Shown piece after piece: positions 37,761-50,240 of a stretch of DNA of 64,000 nucleotides. Origin of the DNA: Mobula hypostoma (taxonomy: Eukaryota); contig NC_086102.1 of NCBI RefSeq assembly GCF_963921235.1, forward strand, positions 88,226,001-88,290,000, read 5' to 3'. The translations under genes and the position numbers were made by a program. Positions within the stretch are counted from its first letter, which is position 1. Every line of letters starts with the position of its first letter. Under the pieces are notes generated by a model. The model did no database searches, had not been told where the DNA came from, and was given only the letters and a program-made list of their open reading frames with translations.

Positions 37761-40700
37761 CATAGAAACATAGAAAACATACAGCACAATACAGGCCTTT
37801 CGGCCCACAAAGCTGTGCCGAACATGTCCTTACCTGTGAAGTTACCTAGGGTTACCCATAGCCCTCTATTTTTCTGAGCTGCATGTACCTGTCCAGGAGT
37901 CTCTTAAAAAGACCCTATCATATCTGCCTCCACCCCATCGCTGGCAGCCCATTCCACACACTCACCACTCTCTGCGTAAAAAACTTACCCCTGACATCTC
38001 CTCTGTACCTAATTACAAGCAACTTAAAACTGTGCCCCCTCTTGCTAGCCATTTCAGCCCTGGGAAAAAGCCTCTGACTATCCACACAATCAACGCCTCT
38101 CATCATCTTACACACCTCTGTCAGGTCACCTCTCATCCTCCATCGCTGCAAGGAGAAAAGGCCGAGTTCACTCAACCTATTCTCATAAGGCATGCTCCCC
38201 AATCCAGGCAACATCCTTGTAAATCTCCTCTGCACCCTTTCTATAGTTTCCACATCCTTCCCGTAGTGAGGAGACCAGAAATGAGCACAGTACTCTAAGT
38301 GGGGTCTGACCAGGGTCCTATAGAGCTGCAACATTAAACACAATCCCACGATTGATGAAGACCAATGCACCGTATGCTCTCTTAAACACAGAAGTCAACC
38401 TGCGCAGCAACTTTGAGTGTCCCATGGACTCTGACCCCAAGATCCCCCTGATCCTCCTCACTACCATTAATGCCATATTCTTCCATCATATTTGACCTAC
38501 CAAAATGAACCACTCCACACTTATCTGGGTTGAACTCCATCAAAACTCAGCCCAGTTTTGCATCCTATCAATGTCCCGCTGTAATCTCCGACAGCCATCC
38601 ACACTATCCACAACACACCCAACCTTTGTGTCATCAGCAAACTTACTAACACATCTCTCCACTTCCTCATCCAGGTCATTTATAAAAATCATGAAGAGTA
38701 GGGGTCCCGGAACAGATCCCTGAGGCACATCACTGGTCACTGACCTCCATGCAGAATATGGCCTGTCTACAACCACTCTTTGCCTTCTGTGGGCAAGCCA
38801 GTTCTGGATCCACAAAGCAATGTCCCCTTGGATCCAATGCCTCCTTACTTTCTCAATTAGCCTTGCATGAGGTTCCTGTATGCATCAGAAACCTGGACAA
38901 CACACCGACGACATCTGAAGGCACTTGAAAAGTTCCATCAACGCTGTCTTCGAAACATCTTAAATATCAGCTGGGAAGATAGAAGAATCAACGTCAGCGT
39001 GATAAATGAAGCAAAAACAACAAGCATTGACGCCTACGTCATCAAGAACCAACTAAGATGGAGCGGTCATGTTGTTCGGATGAAAGACGAACGTCTGCCG
39101 AAACAAATCTTCTACTCCCAGCTTAAAGAAGGCAAACGTAAAAGAGGCGGACAACAGAAGAGATTCAAAGACGTCTTAAAAGCTAACATGAAGAAATGTA
39201 TCATCGACATCAGCAATTGGGAAACCAATGCCAAGGACAGGAAACTCTGGCAAGCCATCATCCGAGAAGGAACAGCAACTTTCGAAGCCAACAGATGTGC
39301 GGAATTAGAAGAAAAGAGAAGAAAATGGAAAGAGAGGCAGCAACAACCAAAGCCCGATCTGCCATCTGGAACTACCTGTCCTGAATGTGGAAGAACTTTC
39401 AAAGCCAAGATTGGACTCATAAGCCGCTTGAGAGCCCATAAGTAGATCAACAGAATGAAGACTATCATCCTCGACCTTGAGGGATAGCCACGATGATGAC
39501 GACCATGTTAAATGCCTTGCTGAAATCCATATACATTACATCTACTGCTCTACTTTTATCAATGTGTTTAGTCACATCCTCAAAAAATTCAATCAGGCTC
39601 GTAAGGCACGACCTGCCTTTGACAAAGCCATGCTGACTATTCCTAATCATATTATGCCTCTCCAAGTGTTCATAAATCCTGCCTCTCAGGATCTTCTCCA
39701 TCAATTTACCAACCACTGAAGTGAGACTCACTGGTCTATAATTTCCTGGGTTGTCTCTATTCCCTTTCTTGAATAATGAACAACATCCACAACCCTACAA
39801 TCCTCTGGAACCTCTCCTGTCCCCATTGTTGATGCAAAAATCATCGCCAGAGGCTCAGCAATCTCCTCCCTCGCCTCCCACAGTAGCCTGGGGTACATCT
39901 CATTTGGTCCCGGCGACTTATCCAACTTGATGCTTTCCAAAAGCTCCAGCACATTACCTAGTTTTTTGAACCTTTCATAAGCTCTTCTTTTCTTCTTGAC
40001 TAGATTTACGACAGCCTTTGTACACCACAGTTCCTGTACCCTACCATCCTTTCCCTGTCTCATTGGAACGTACCTATGCAGAACTCCATGCAAATATCCC
40101 CTGAACATTTGCCGCATTTCTTCTGTACATTTCCCTGGGAACATCTGTTCCCAATTTGTGCTTCCAAGTTCCTGCCTGATACCCTCATAATTCCCCTTAC
40201 TCCAGGCTTTTCTAACTTGTCTGTTCCTATCTCTCTCCAATGCTATTGTAAAGGAGATAGAACTGTGATAACTATTTCCAAAATGCTCTCCCACTGAGAG
40301 ACTTGATACCTGACCAGGTTCATTTCCCAATACCAGATCAAGTACAGCCTCTCCTCTTGTAGGCTTATCTACATATTATGTCAAGAAATCTTCCTGAACA
40401 CGCCTAACAAACTCCACCCCATCTAAACCACTTGATCTAGGACATTCCAAAGAATATTTGGGAAATTAAAACCTCCCACCACGACAACCCTGTTATTATT
40501 ACTCCTTTCCAGAATCTGTCTCCCTATCTGCTCCTCAATATCTGTGTTACTATTGGGTGGTCTATAAAAACACCCAGTAGAGTTATTGACCCCTTCCTGT
40601 TCCTAACTACCATCCACAGAGACTCCATAGACAACCCCTCTATGACTTCCTCCTTTTCTGAAGCCATGACACTATCTCTGATCAACAGTGCCACACCCCC
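37761..40700 (-). mobile_element. CR1 LINE ORF2, 5'-truncated and degenerate, with a nested RTE
   Basis: ORFs 37918..38370, 38540..38815, 39465..39731 and 39728..40330 are collinear CR1 ORF2 segments; (TTTCTATG)n tail. Confidence 0.93.
38872..39502 (+). mobile_element. RTE-clade LINE 3' fragment nested in CR1
   Basis: LYASETWT..LEKFHQRCLRNILNISW..LRWSGHVVRM..RLPKQIFY..C-terminal CPECGRTF zinc finger; (GAT)n tail; no stops over ~190 aa. Confidence 0.92.
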
Positions 40701-40996
40701 ATTGCAGAAATTTTTTTCCTACCAAATGTATTAAGCAAATACAACAGTTCATCTCTGTGTGACAGGAGAACACTCATCATAGTACAATGGTCTCTGTTTT
40801 ATTATTTCATATATTATTATTGCACAGTATTGCACATTGGGAAATCATTGCTGTGTATATTATTATTCTGTACTTTATCATTAATTGAGTCTGCACACTG
40901 CTAAGTGTGTTTTCAAATGTTGCTGCTGTAACAGAAGTATTTCCTACTCAGGATCAATAAAGTATTTATAATAATAATAATTATTATTATTATTGT

Positions 40997-41734
40997 GACT
41001 TGTGATCTCAGTTGTTGTTTATGCCTCATTTCAGGCTGATACAAATTCATTTATTGGACCTCAAATTGATCTGCAAGTGTATGGGATAAAAGCTATTGCT
41101 GCAGCTTAATAGAAACATAGAAACATAGAAAATAGGTGCAGGAGTAGGCCATTCGGTCCTTCGAGCCTGCACCGCCATTCAGTATGACCATGGCTGATCA
41201 TCCAACTCAGAACCCTGTACCAGCCTTCCCCCCATACCCCCTGATCCCTTTAGCCACAAGGGCCATATCTAACTCCCTCTTAAATATAGCCAATGAACTG
41301 GCCTCAACTGTTTCCTGTGGCAGAGAATTCCACAGATTCACCACTCTCCGTGTGAAGAAGTTTTTCCTAATCTCAGTCCTAAAAGGCTTCCCCTCTATCC
41401 TCAAACTGTGACCCCTCGTTCTGGACTTCCCCAACATCGGGAACAATCTTCCTGCATCTAGCCTGTCCAATCCCTTTAGGATTTTATATGTTTCAATCAG
41501 ATCCCCCCTCAATCTTCTAAATTCCAACGAGTATAAGCCTAGTTGATCCAGTCTTTCATCATATGAAAGTCCTACCATCCCAGGAATCAATCTGGTGAAC
41601 CTGCTTTGTCCTCCCTTATTATTATTATTACTAAACTGCAGCAATAGCCTTAATCCCATACACTTGCAAATCAATTTGATGTCCAATTGTACCAGCCTGA
41701 AATGAGGCATAAACATCAACTGAAATCACAAGTC
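40997..41734. repeat. Inverted repeat (~110-bp arms, 40997-41110 and ~41628-41734) enclosing a CR1 fragment
   Basis: gacttgtgatctcagttgttgtttatgcctcatttcaggctg...gctattgctgcag is the reverse complement of ctgcagcaatagcc...cagcctgaaatgaggcataaacatcaactgaaatcacaagtc. Confidence 0.88.
41109..41616 (-). mobile_element. Young CR1 3' fragment (same subfamily as 48507-50153)
   Basis: QSRFTRLIPGMVGLSYDERL...GYGGKAGTGF*, nearly identical to 48613..49020. Confidence 0.95.
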
Positions 41735-41789
41735 TGTAATCCCACGTAAGGACTTAACTCATGTTAGAAAGCTCTCATTTATTTGTACA

Positions 41790-43075
41790 TTGCAGGATGT
41801 TCGGCAAAGAATTCGACCCAAGACAGGGTACCTGGACGAATACTATAGACCTGTGCTGATCGACTGGCCGGAGTCTTCACTGATATCCTTAAGCTCTTGC
41901 TTCATCAGTCTGAGCCTGCTTCGACCTGGGTTCAGTTATACCGGTGACGAAGAACAACGTGATAATCTACCTCAATGACTATTGCCCAGTAGTACTTACA
42001 TCCACTGTGATGAACTGCTTTGAGAAGTTGGTGATGAAACATATGAACTCCTGTCTGAAGAGCGACTTGGATCTGCTACCATCACAACAGGTCAATTGCA
42101 GATGCCAATCCTGGAACATCTGGACAACGAAAATACATATATCAGGATGTTCTTCATTGACCACAGCTCGGCATTCAATACCACCATCCCCTCAAAACTA
42201 ATCAATAAGTTTCAAGACCTTGGCCTCGATATCTCCTTGTGAATTGGATCCTCAGTGTCCTCACTTACAGACCCCAGTCAGTTCAGACTGGCGACAACAT
42301 CTCCACAATCTCCATCAGCACAAGTGCACCGCAAGGCTGTGTGCTTAGTCCCCTGCTCTACTCGATATATACTTGTGACTGTGTGGATAAACACAGCTCC
42401 AATTCCATACTCAAGTTTGCTGGTGACACCACTGTCACAGGCTGGCCAAATCAAAGGTGGTGATGAATCAGCACACAGGAGGGAGACTGAAAATCTGGCT
42501 GAGTGGTGCCTCAACCACCTCTCACTCAATGTCAGCAGAACTATGGAGCTGATTATTGACCTCAGAAGAAGGAAACCAGAGCCAATCCTCACCTACATGA
42601 AAGCAGCATCCATCATTAACAACCCCCAGCACCTAGGCTGTGCTGTCTTCTCACGGCTGCCGTCAGGAAGGTGGTACAGGAGCCTCAGAACCCACACCAC
42701 CAGGTTCACAACAGTTATTACCCCTCAATCCTCAGGGGGGATAACTTCACTGAACTGGACTCACCCCAGCCCAGAACCAATTGACCCACTTTCAAGGACA
42801 CATCATCTCATGCTCTCGATATTTATTGCTTGCTTGCTTATCTATCTTATTTATTTATCTATCTATTTATCTATCTATCTAGCTATTTATTTATTAATTT
42901 ATTATTTATTATTTTTCTTTTTGTTCTTGCACAGCTTCTTGTCTTTTGCACACTGGTTGTTTATCAGCCTTTGATTCTATTGTGTTTCTTGTACTTACTC
43001 TGAATGCCTTTAAGAAAATGAACCTCAGGGTTATATGGTTATGTATGTCTGTTGATAATAAATTTACTTTGGACT
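41790..43075 (+). mobile_element. Rex1/Babar LINE, degenerate with internal deletion
   Basis: [62 protein letters not shown]. Confidence 0.88.
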
Positions 43076-43359
43076 TTGTTCATTCACAGTCCGGTGAGTA
43101 ACTGGTGACGAATGATATGGCCATTCCAGTCCCTACATGCTCGCTAGCACACCTGAGCCAAGCTGTGGGAAAGGGGAGGCCTGGGTAAGCTGAGCAGTCA
43201 CTGCCCTCAAAATAACCTGATTACACCCTGTTGCCTGTCAACTAGCCCTTTCTTCATTGGCCAGTGAGTTTTCATGATGTTGCCAACGTGTTCCAAGAAT
43301 GCCACAACACTGGTGGCTGCTGGAAGGAAGAGGGCCAGCAACAACACGTTTCACATCGT

Positions 43360-44720
43360 GCTGTTTGGCAGGAAGGGGGAAGATGCCAGAGTAAAGAGGT
43401 GAGGGTGAGGGGAAGGAGGACGAGCAAGAAGGCAATGGGTGAAGCCAGGTGAGCGGGAAAGGTGAAGGGCTGCAGAAGAAGGAATCTGGACAACGAGGAG
43501 AGGGCGCTATGGGAAAAAGGGAAGAAGGAGGAGCACCAGGTGAGGAGAAGAGGAAAGTGGCCGGAAAGGGGAATAGAAGAAGAGGGAAGGGGGAAGGGAT
43601 AAGAAGGGATCGGTGATCATGCCTTCTGGTTGGAGGCTACCAAGACGGAATATGAGGTGTTGCTCTTCCACTCTGAGAGTGGCCTCATGGTGGCACGAGA
43701 GGAGACCATGGGCCGAGATGTTGGAAAGGGAAGGGGATAGGAATTAGAATGGTTGGCCACCGGCATATGTTTGGTAGTATGATCCTGTTGAATACGGCAG
43801 AAGTTGCAGAGGATGATGTTTATACATCTTTATCTTCCCTCCACCCCACTCTCTGATTTCCACAGGGATCTCTCCCTCTGTGATTCCCTTGCCCATTTGT
43901 CCCTCACCACTCATCTCCTTCTGGGCACTTATCCCTGCAAGCAACAGTAATGTTACACCTGCCCATTCACCTCCTCCCTCATCTCCATTCAGCCCCCCAA
44001 ACAGTCCTCCCAGGTGAGGCAACACTTCACCTGCGAACCTGCTGGGATCGACTATTGTACCCAATACTCCCCATGCAGCCCTCCTTTACATCGGTGAGAG
44101 CCGACATAAAATGGATACGGCTTTGTTGAGTACCTTTGCACCATCCCACAAAAGTGGAATTTCCTGGTGGCCAACCATTTTAATTCCTATCTCCATTCCC
44201 GTCCCGACATGTCAGTCCATGGTCTCCTCTTGTGCCACCATGAGGCCACTCTCAGAGTGGAAGAGCAACACCTCTTATTCTGTCTGGGTAGCCTCCAACC
44301 TGATGGAATGAGCATCGGTTTCTCCTGATAACTTTTCCCCTTCCCTTCCCTTTTTCTATTCCCCACTCTGGCCTCTTACCTTTTCTCCTCACCTGCCTAT
44401 CACCTCCACCTGGTGCTCTTCCTTCTTCCCTTTCTCCCATGGTCCACTCTCCTATCCCATCAGATTCCTTCCTCTCCAGCCCTCTACCTTTCCCATCCAC
44501 CTGGCTTCACCAATCACCTTCCAGCTAGTCCTTCTTCCCCTCCCCTCATTTTTTTGTTCTGGCATCTTCCCCCTTTCCTTTCCAGTCCTGATGAAGGGTC
44601 TTGGCCCGAAACGTCGAAAGTTTATTCATCTCCACAGATGCTGCCTGGACTGCTGAGGTCCTCCAGCATTTTGTGTGTGTTGCTCTAGACTTCCAGCGTC
44701 TGCAGAATCTCTTGAGTCTA
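43360..44720. mobile_element. Penelope-like element 3' region with a long inverted duplication and a hammerhead core
   Basis: GIY-YIG remnant (GTYPCK..CYTCPFTS, LLYIGE) at ~43920-44330 on +; 43370-43765 is an inverted copy of ~44160-44575; CTGATGA...GAAACGTC at 44588-44615. Confidence 0.8.
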
Positions 44721-44990
44721 TGAATATGTTGCACATTGAGAGGTCTGAGTTGGTGATGGTACCTCTGAAAACCCAGAAAGCAGGCCCTTCACAAATGGAC
44801 ATTTCCAGGAGCCCTGGCTCACCATGAGTGAGCAGCATGGCTTTTACAAGGTCCTGTTGGTGGAGAACAGCCAGGAAGAACACCACTGGTCACCACAGGA
44901 ATGAGTATCTTGGTGTCTGAATGTTGGAGATTTCACTCCCTCTTGGTTATCATGCTCTCGTGGAGTTCCAAGCTGCTCTGAGGTTGCCCA

Positions 44991-45145
44991 GTCAACGGGG
45001 TCCCTCTGAGTGATAAGAAAGGTCAACGGGGTCCCTCTGAGTGATGAGAAAGGTCAACGGGGTCCCTCTGAGTGATGAGAAAGGTCAACGGGGTCCCTCT
45101 GAGTGATGAGAAAGGTCAACGGGGTCCCTCTGAGTGATGAGAAAG
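44991..45145. repeat. 31-bp tandem repeat, 5 copies (GTCAACGGGGTCCCTCTGAGTGATGAGAAAG)
   Basis: Four identical copies plus one with a single mismatch. Confidence 0.97.
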
Positions 45146-45614
45146 GCACTCTAAGGAGCTGCACTGGGAATGATGCACAATGGCTGTCATGTGGAGCTTC
45201 CAATTGAGGTTGATCCAAGTGGAAACATGGTGCCTGAATCCGGATGCAACCTGATGTGTGCTCAACCCTGAGGAAAGGTCAGGAGCCCTGTGATGTGTAT
45301 TTGGATCAGGAGCTGGTGACTGGGACTGTCCACTTGTAAATCAAGTGCTCCCCAAATCAGTAGTGCTCACACAACCCGTGCAAAAAGGCAATATGGTTCA
45401 CAATTACTGCCTTTATAAGGTATAGAAGCATGGTAGACCACTCAGCCTATCCTGCCTCCTTCACCATTCAATAAGATCATGGTTGATCTTTCACCTCATC
45501 ACCACGCTCCTGCAGGAAGCCCACATCTCTCAATTCCAAACATCTAACAATCTCCAGGATATACTCAGTAGCTAAGTCTCCACTGCCCTTTTGGACAGAA
45601 AAGTGTCCCACAGA

Positions 45615-46730
45615 ACCTGGTGAACAAACTCTTACTCCACAGTCTAAATACGCCACTGTGCAATTGGGTGTTGGACTTCCTAACAAACAGGCCTCAGGTA
45701 GTCAGCATGCACAACCACTCCTCCCTCCCCATTATCCTCAACACGGGTAGCTCCCAGCGCTCTGTGCTGATCCTGTTGTTGTACGTTCTCCTCACACGTA
45801 ACTGCACAGCCAAACACTTGAGCAATCACATCATTCATCGTCAAGTTCACTGACGACGCAACAGTGGTGGGACTCATCACCAACAATGATGAGATGGACT
45901 ACAGAGAGGAGGTGGAAGAGCTCAAGGCCCAGTTCCAGGCGAATAACCTCTTCCTCAACATCAATAAAGCAGGTGGTTATCGACTTCAGGAGAACTCTCA
46001 CCACTCACACTCTTTACATTGGTTGGCACACCAGAGAAAACTGAGCAGTTTTAAATCATAGCACTCATACCCTCTCAAGGTCTGAGAACACACTTACACA
46101 GTCAGGAAAGCTCTCCCACACCTCTACTTTCTGAGGAGGCTGATGAGAGCCGGACTACGCACATCTATACTCACTTCACCCTACAGACATGCAGTGGGGA
46201 GCATCCTAACAAGCCGCATCACTGATTGATACGGAAACTGCACTGAGGATGACAAGAAAGCTCTACAATGGGGAGTCAAAACTGCCCTACGCATCATCAG
46301 TACCAACCTACACACCATCAAGGACATCTGTACAGGAAGGTGCCAGTAACATCATGAAGGACCTCATCGATTGTCCAACTCCCATCAGGGAGAAGGCTAC
46401 ATAGCATTCACACCAGGACAACCAAACTCAAAAACAGTTCCTTTCTCCATGCAGTAAGACTGATCAACAGCTCCACCCACTAACTCCACCACTACTTTAT
46501 TATTTCCCATTTGTCACCTTATGTAAAGCCTGGTGTCACTTAATGGACATGCAGTCAATCTGTGTATATTAACTATCTTATGTATTTACCAATGTTTATT
46601 GTGTGTTTTTTAGTGTTATTATTGTGTTCTTTATTTCTTATTTCGTTCTTTGGTACTGCATCACAACTGGAGAAACAATTATTTCGTTCTCCTTTACACT
46701 TGTGTACAGGAGATGACATTAAACAATCTT
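45615..46730 (+). mobile_element. Rex1/Babar LINE, degenerate
   Basis: LNTPLCNWVLDFLTNRPQVV, KFTDDATVVGLITNNDEMDYREEV, C-terminal LKNSSF. Confidence 0.85.
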
Positions 46731-46830
46731 GTATGTATGGATTAAAATTCCAAAGAACACCTTTCCCTTGGGTGAAGAAATTTCTACTCTCCTTCGTCCT
46801 GAATGGCCAACAGCTTATCTTGAGAATGTG

Positions 46831-47385
46831 ACCATTGGTTCTAGATGCCCCAACAAGGTGAAACATTGGTTCTAGATGCCCCAGCAAGGGGAACCATTGG
46901 TTCTAGATGCCACAGCAAGGGGAAACATTGGTTCTAGATGCTCCAGCAATGGGAACCATTGGTTCTAGATGACACAGCAAGGGGAACGATTGGTTCTAGA
47001 TGCCCCAGCAAGGGGAAACATTGGTTCTAGATGCCCCAGCAAGGAGTACCATTGGTTCTAGATGCCCCAGCAAGGGGAACCATTGGTTCTAGATGACCCA
47101 GCAAGGGGAAACATTGGTTCTAGATACCCCAGCAAGGAGTACCATTGGTTCTAGATGCCCCAGCAAGGGGAACCATTGGTTCTAGATGCCCCAGCGAGGG
47201 GAACCATTGGTTCTAGAGGCCCCAGCGAGGGGAACCATTGGTTCTAGATGCCCCAGCGAGGGGAACCATTGGTTCTAGATGCCCCAGCAAAGAGAATCAT
47301 TGGTTCTAGATGCCCCAGCAAGGGGAACCATTGGTTCTAGATGCCCCAGCAATGGGAACCATTGGCTGTAGACGTCCCAACAAGG
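46831..47385. repeat. Minisatellite, 30-31 bp unit (ACCATTGGTTCTAGATGCCCCAGCAAGGGGA), ~18 copies, within an old CR1 fragment
   Basis: Tandem repetition; left flank gtgaagaaatttctactc...ttgagaatgtgac is antisense CR1 ORF2 3' sequence. Confidence 0.93.
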
Positions 47386-47836
47386 GGCACCGACTCCATC
47401 GACAGCAAGAATATCCTCCTTCAGGATCACCAGAATCCTATACAAGTGGAATATGACTCTTGCAATAGAGTCAATGTGCCACTTGCCCTCCTCCTGAATG
47501 TTATCTTTTGTTGATCTGTATGCAGGGTGAGCCAGGTTCCTCTGAACACCATCTTTCAATGCCTCTCCATTCTATTTCTTCAATTAAAGTAGATGAGCAC
47601 AATATTTTGACTTCAAATTCCACACCACCCACTCACTTATCTTAGTCTTAATCCTCTTTCTCCACTCCACCCATATTATTGCCCAGACATGCATCATCAG
47701 CAACTTGGATTTATTTATACTAGATCTCCTCATCCTGCTCACTGGTGAGAGCTGGAGAGATGTCAATAAGCCCTGCTTCATCCCTAGTTATAGTCCCAGC
47801 TCAAGATAGCCCCATTTATTCCTACTAGCTGGATTC

Positions 47837-48112
47837 TTTTTTTTTTGGCGTGTGCCTGCGTGCGTGCGGGTCTGTGCATGTGCGTCTACGTGTCCGTGAT
47901 GATGGATTTTTCATGGCTTTTTCCAGGGCACGGAGGGAGAAAGAGAGACTGTGTGGCGTGCCACTCCCCACACAGACATTTTCGCAGTATTTTCCCTTTG
48001 CAATCTCGACACTCAACGTGGCATGGATGGAAAGCGGACCTGACTGGTTTCGAACCCGGGAACCTCCGCTCCCGGGTCCGGCGCCGATGTCGTTGTGCCA
48101 CCAGCCGGCCCA
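47837..48112 (-). mobile_element. Young tRNA-derived SINE with poly(A) tail and 17-bp TSD
   Basis: A-box-like TGGCACAACGA (48100-48090), B box GGTTCGAAACC (48056-48046), A10 tail (47837-47846), TSD cctac(t/c)agctggattct at 47821-47837 and 48113-48129. Confidence 0.85.
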
Positions 48113-48329
48113 CCTACCAGCTGGATTCTATCTGCTGACTGATTCTCGATCCACTTGTTGCCCCCTAAAACCATGAGCTGTACTTTTGTTTCATAACCTC
48201 TTGTGTGGCACCTTACCAAAGGCATTCTGAAAGATCACATTCACTGGTTCCTCCTTTATTCTGCTGGAACTAAACATGCAGATTTGTCAAACATGCTTTC
48301 CCTTCCTTAAATCCTATTGTTAATTTCAA

Positions 48330-50240
48330 AGTCACAGTTGTGCAGCATGCAAACAGGTCCTTTGTCTGACATCAAGTGAAACTACCCATTTACACTATGC
48401 TAATCCCAGTTTATTCTACCCACATTCCCATCAGTTCTATCACTCGCCTACGCACTGGGCAACATTTGCATCAACCAATTAACCTAGCAACCTGCAAGTC
48501 TTTGGAATAGAAACATAGAAACATAGAAACATAGAAAATAGGTGCAGGAGTAGGCCATTTGGCCCTTCGAGCCTGCACTGCCATTTATTATGATCATGGC
48601 TGATCATCCAACTCAGAACCCCGCCCCAGCCTTCCCTCCATACCCCCTGACCCCTGTAGCCACAAGGGCCATATCTAACTCCCTCTTAAATATAGCCAAT
48701 GAACTGGCCTCAACTGTTTCCTGTGGCAGAGAATTCCACAGATTCACCACTCTCTGTGTGAAGAAGTTTTTCCTAATCTCGGTCCTAAAAGGCTTCCCCT
48801 TTATCCTCAAACTGTGACCCCTCGTTCTGGACTTCCCCAACATCGGGAACAATCTTCCTGCATCAAGCCTGTCCAATCCCTTTAGGATCTTATACGTTTC
48901 AATCAGATCCCCCCTCAATCTTCTAAATTCCAACGAGTACAAGCCCAGTTCATCCAGTCTTTCTTCATATGAAAGTCCTGCCATCCCAGGAATCAATCTG
49001 GTGAACCTGCTTTGTACTCCCTCTATGGCAAGGATGTCTTTCCTCAGATTAGGGGACCAAAACTGCACACAATACTCCAGGTGTGGTCTCACCAAGGCCT
49101 TGTACAACTGCAGTAGTACCTCCCTGCTCCTGTACTCGAATCCTCTCGCTATAAATGCCAGCATACCATTCGCCTTTTTCACCGCCTGCTGTACCTGCAT
49201 GCCCACTTTCAATGACTGGTGTATAATGACACCCAGGTCTCGTTGCACCTCCCCTTTTCCTAATCGGCCACCATTCAGATAATAATCTGTTTTCCTATTT
49301 TTGCCACCAAAGTGGATAACTTCACATTTATCCACATTAAATTGCATCTGCCATGAATTTGCCCACTCACCCAACCTATCCAAGTCACCCTGCATCCTCT
49401 TAGCATCCTCCTCACAGCTAACACTGCCACCCAGCTTCGTGTCATCCGCAAACTTGGAGATGCTGCATTTAATTCCCTCATCCAAGTCATTAATATATAT
49501 TGTAAACAACTGGAGTCCCAGCACCGAGCCTTGCGGTACCCCACTAGTCACCGCCTGCCATCCTGAAAAGGTCCCGTTTATTCCCACTCTTTGCTTCCTG
49601 TCTGCCAACCAATTCTCTATCCACCTCAATACCTTACCCCCAATACCGTGTGCTTTAAGTTTGCACACTAATCTCCTGTGTGGGACCTTGTCAAAAGCCT
49701 TTTGAAAATCCAAATATACCACATCCACTGGTTCTCCCCTATCCACTCTACTAGTTACATCCTCAAAAAATTCAATGAGATTCGTCAGACATGATTTTCC
49801 TTTCACAAATCCATGCTGACTTTGTCCGATCATTTCTCGGCTTTCCAAATGTGCTGTTATCACATCCTTGATAACTGACTCCAGCAGTTTCCCCACCACC
49901 GACGTTAGGCTAACTGGTCTATAATTCCCCGGTCTCTCTCTCCCTCCTTTTTTAAAAAGTGGGGTTACATTAGCCACCCTCCAATCCTCAGGAACTAGTC
50001 CAGAATCTAACGAGTTTTGAAAAATTATCACCAATGCATCCACCACCTCCCGGGCTACCTCCCCAAGCACTCTAGGATGCAGACCATCTGGCCCTGGGGA
50101 TTTATCTGCCTTCAATCCCTTCAATTTACCTAACACCACTTCCCTACTAACATGGGGGGAAAATGGAGGAAACCCACATGATGACAGGGAGAGAGTGCCC
50201 GATGCCGGGATTGAACTGGAGCAATGAAAGCTCTGTTACA
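48330..50240 (-). mobile_element. V-SINE (HE1-like) split by the CR1 at 48507-50153
   Basis: aacctgcaagtctttggaat (left) joins gggggaaaatggaggaaacccac (right), the antisense V-domain. Confidence 0.6.
48507..50153 (-). mobile_element. Young 5'-truncated CR1 LINE with an uninterrupted RT (508 aa)
   Basis: ORF 48613..50139: SPGPDGLHP, NYRPVSLTS, DFQKAFDKVPH, GVPQGSVLG, FADDTK; (TTTCTATG)n tail. Confidence 0.97.

Larger units (their letters stand above)
37620..40975 (+). mobile_element. Rex1-like LINE 3' end interrupted by CR1
   Basis: DNLAHPPHDLLNKQWSTLSNRLIQLCCHKDH up to ~37763 continues after ~40700 (tgcagaaatttttttcctacc); ends tcaggatcaataaagtat with an (AAT/TAT)n tail. Confidence 0.55.

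Noticed and set aside
44991-47385. 30-31 bp repeats resembling CRISPR arrays (also 27543-29144)
   Set aside because: Head-to-tail repeats with no unique spacers, no cas genes and a vertebrate context.
48030-48112. tRNA gene
   Set aside because: Has A/B boxes but no convincing cloverleaf, and is part of a TSD-flanked, poly(A)-tailed SINE.
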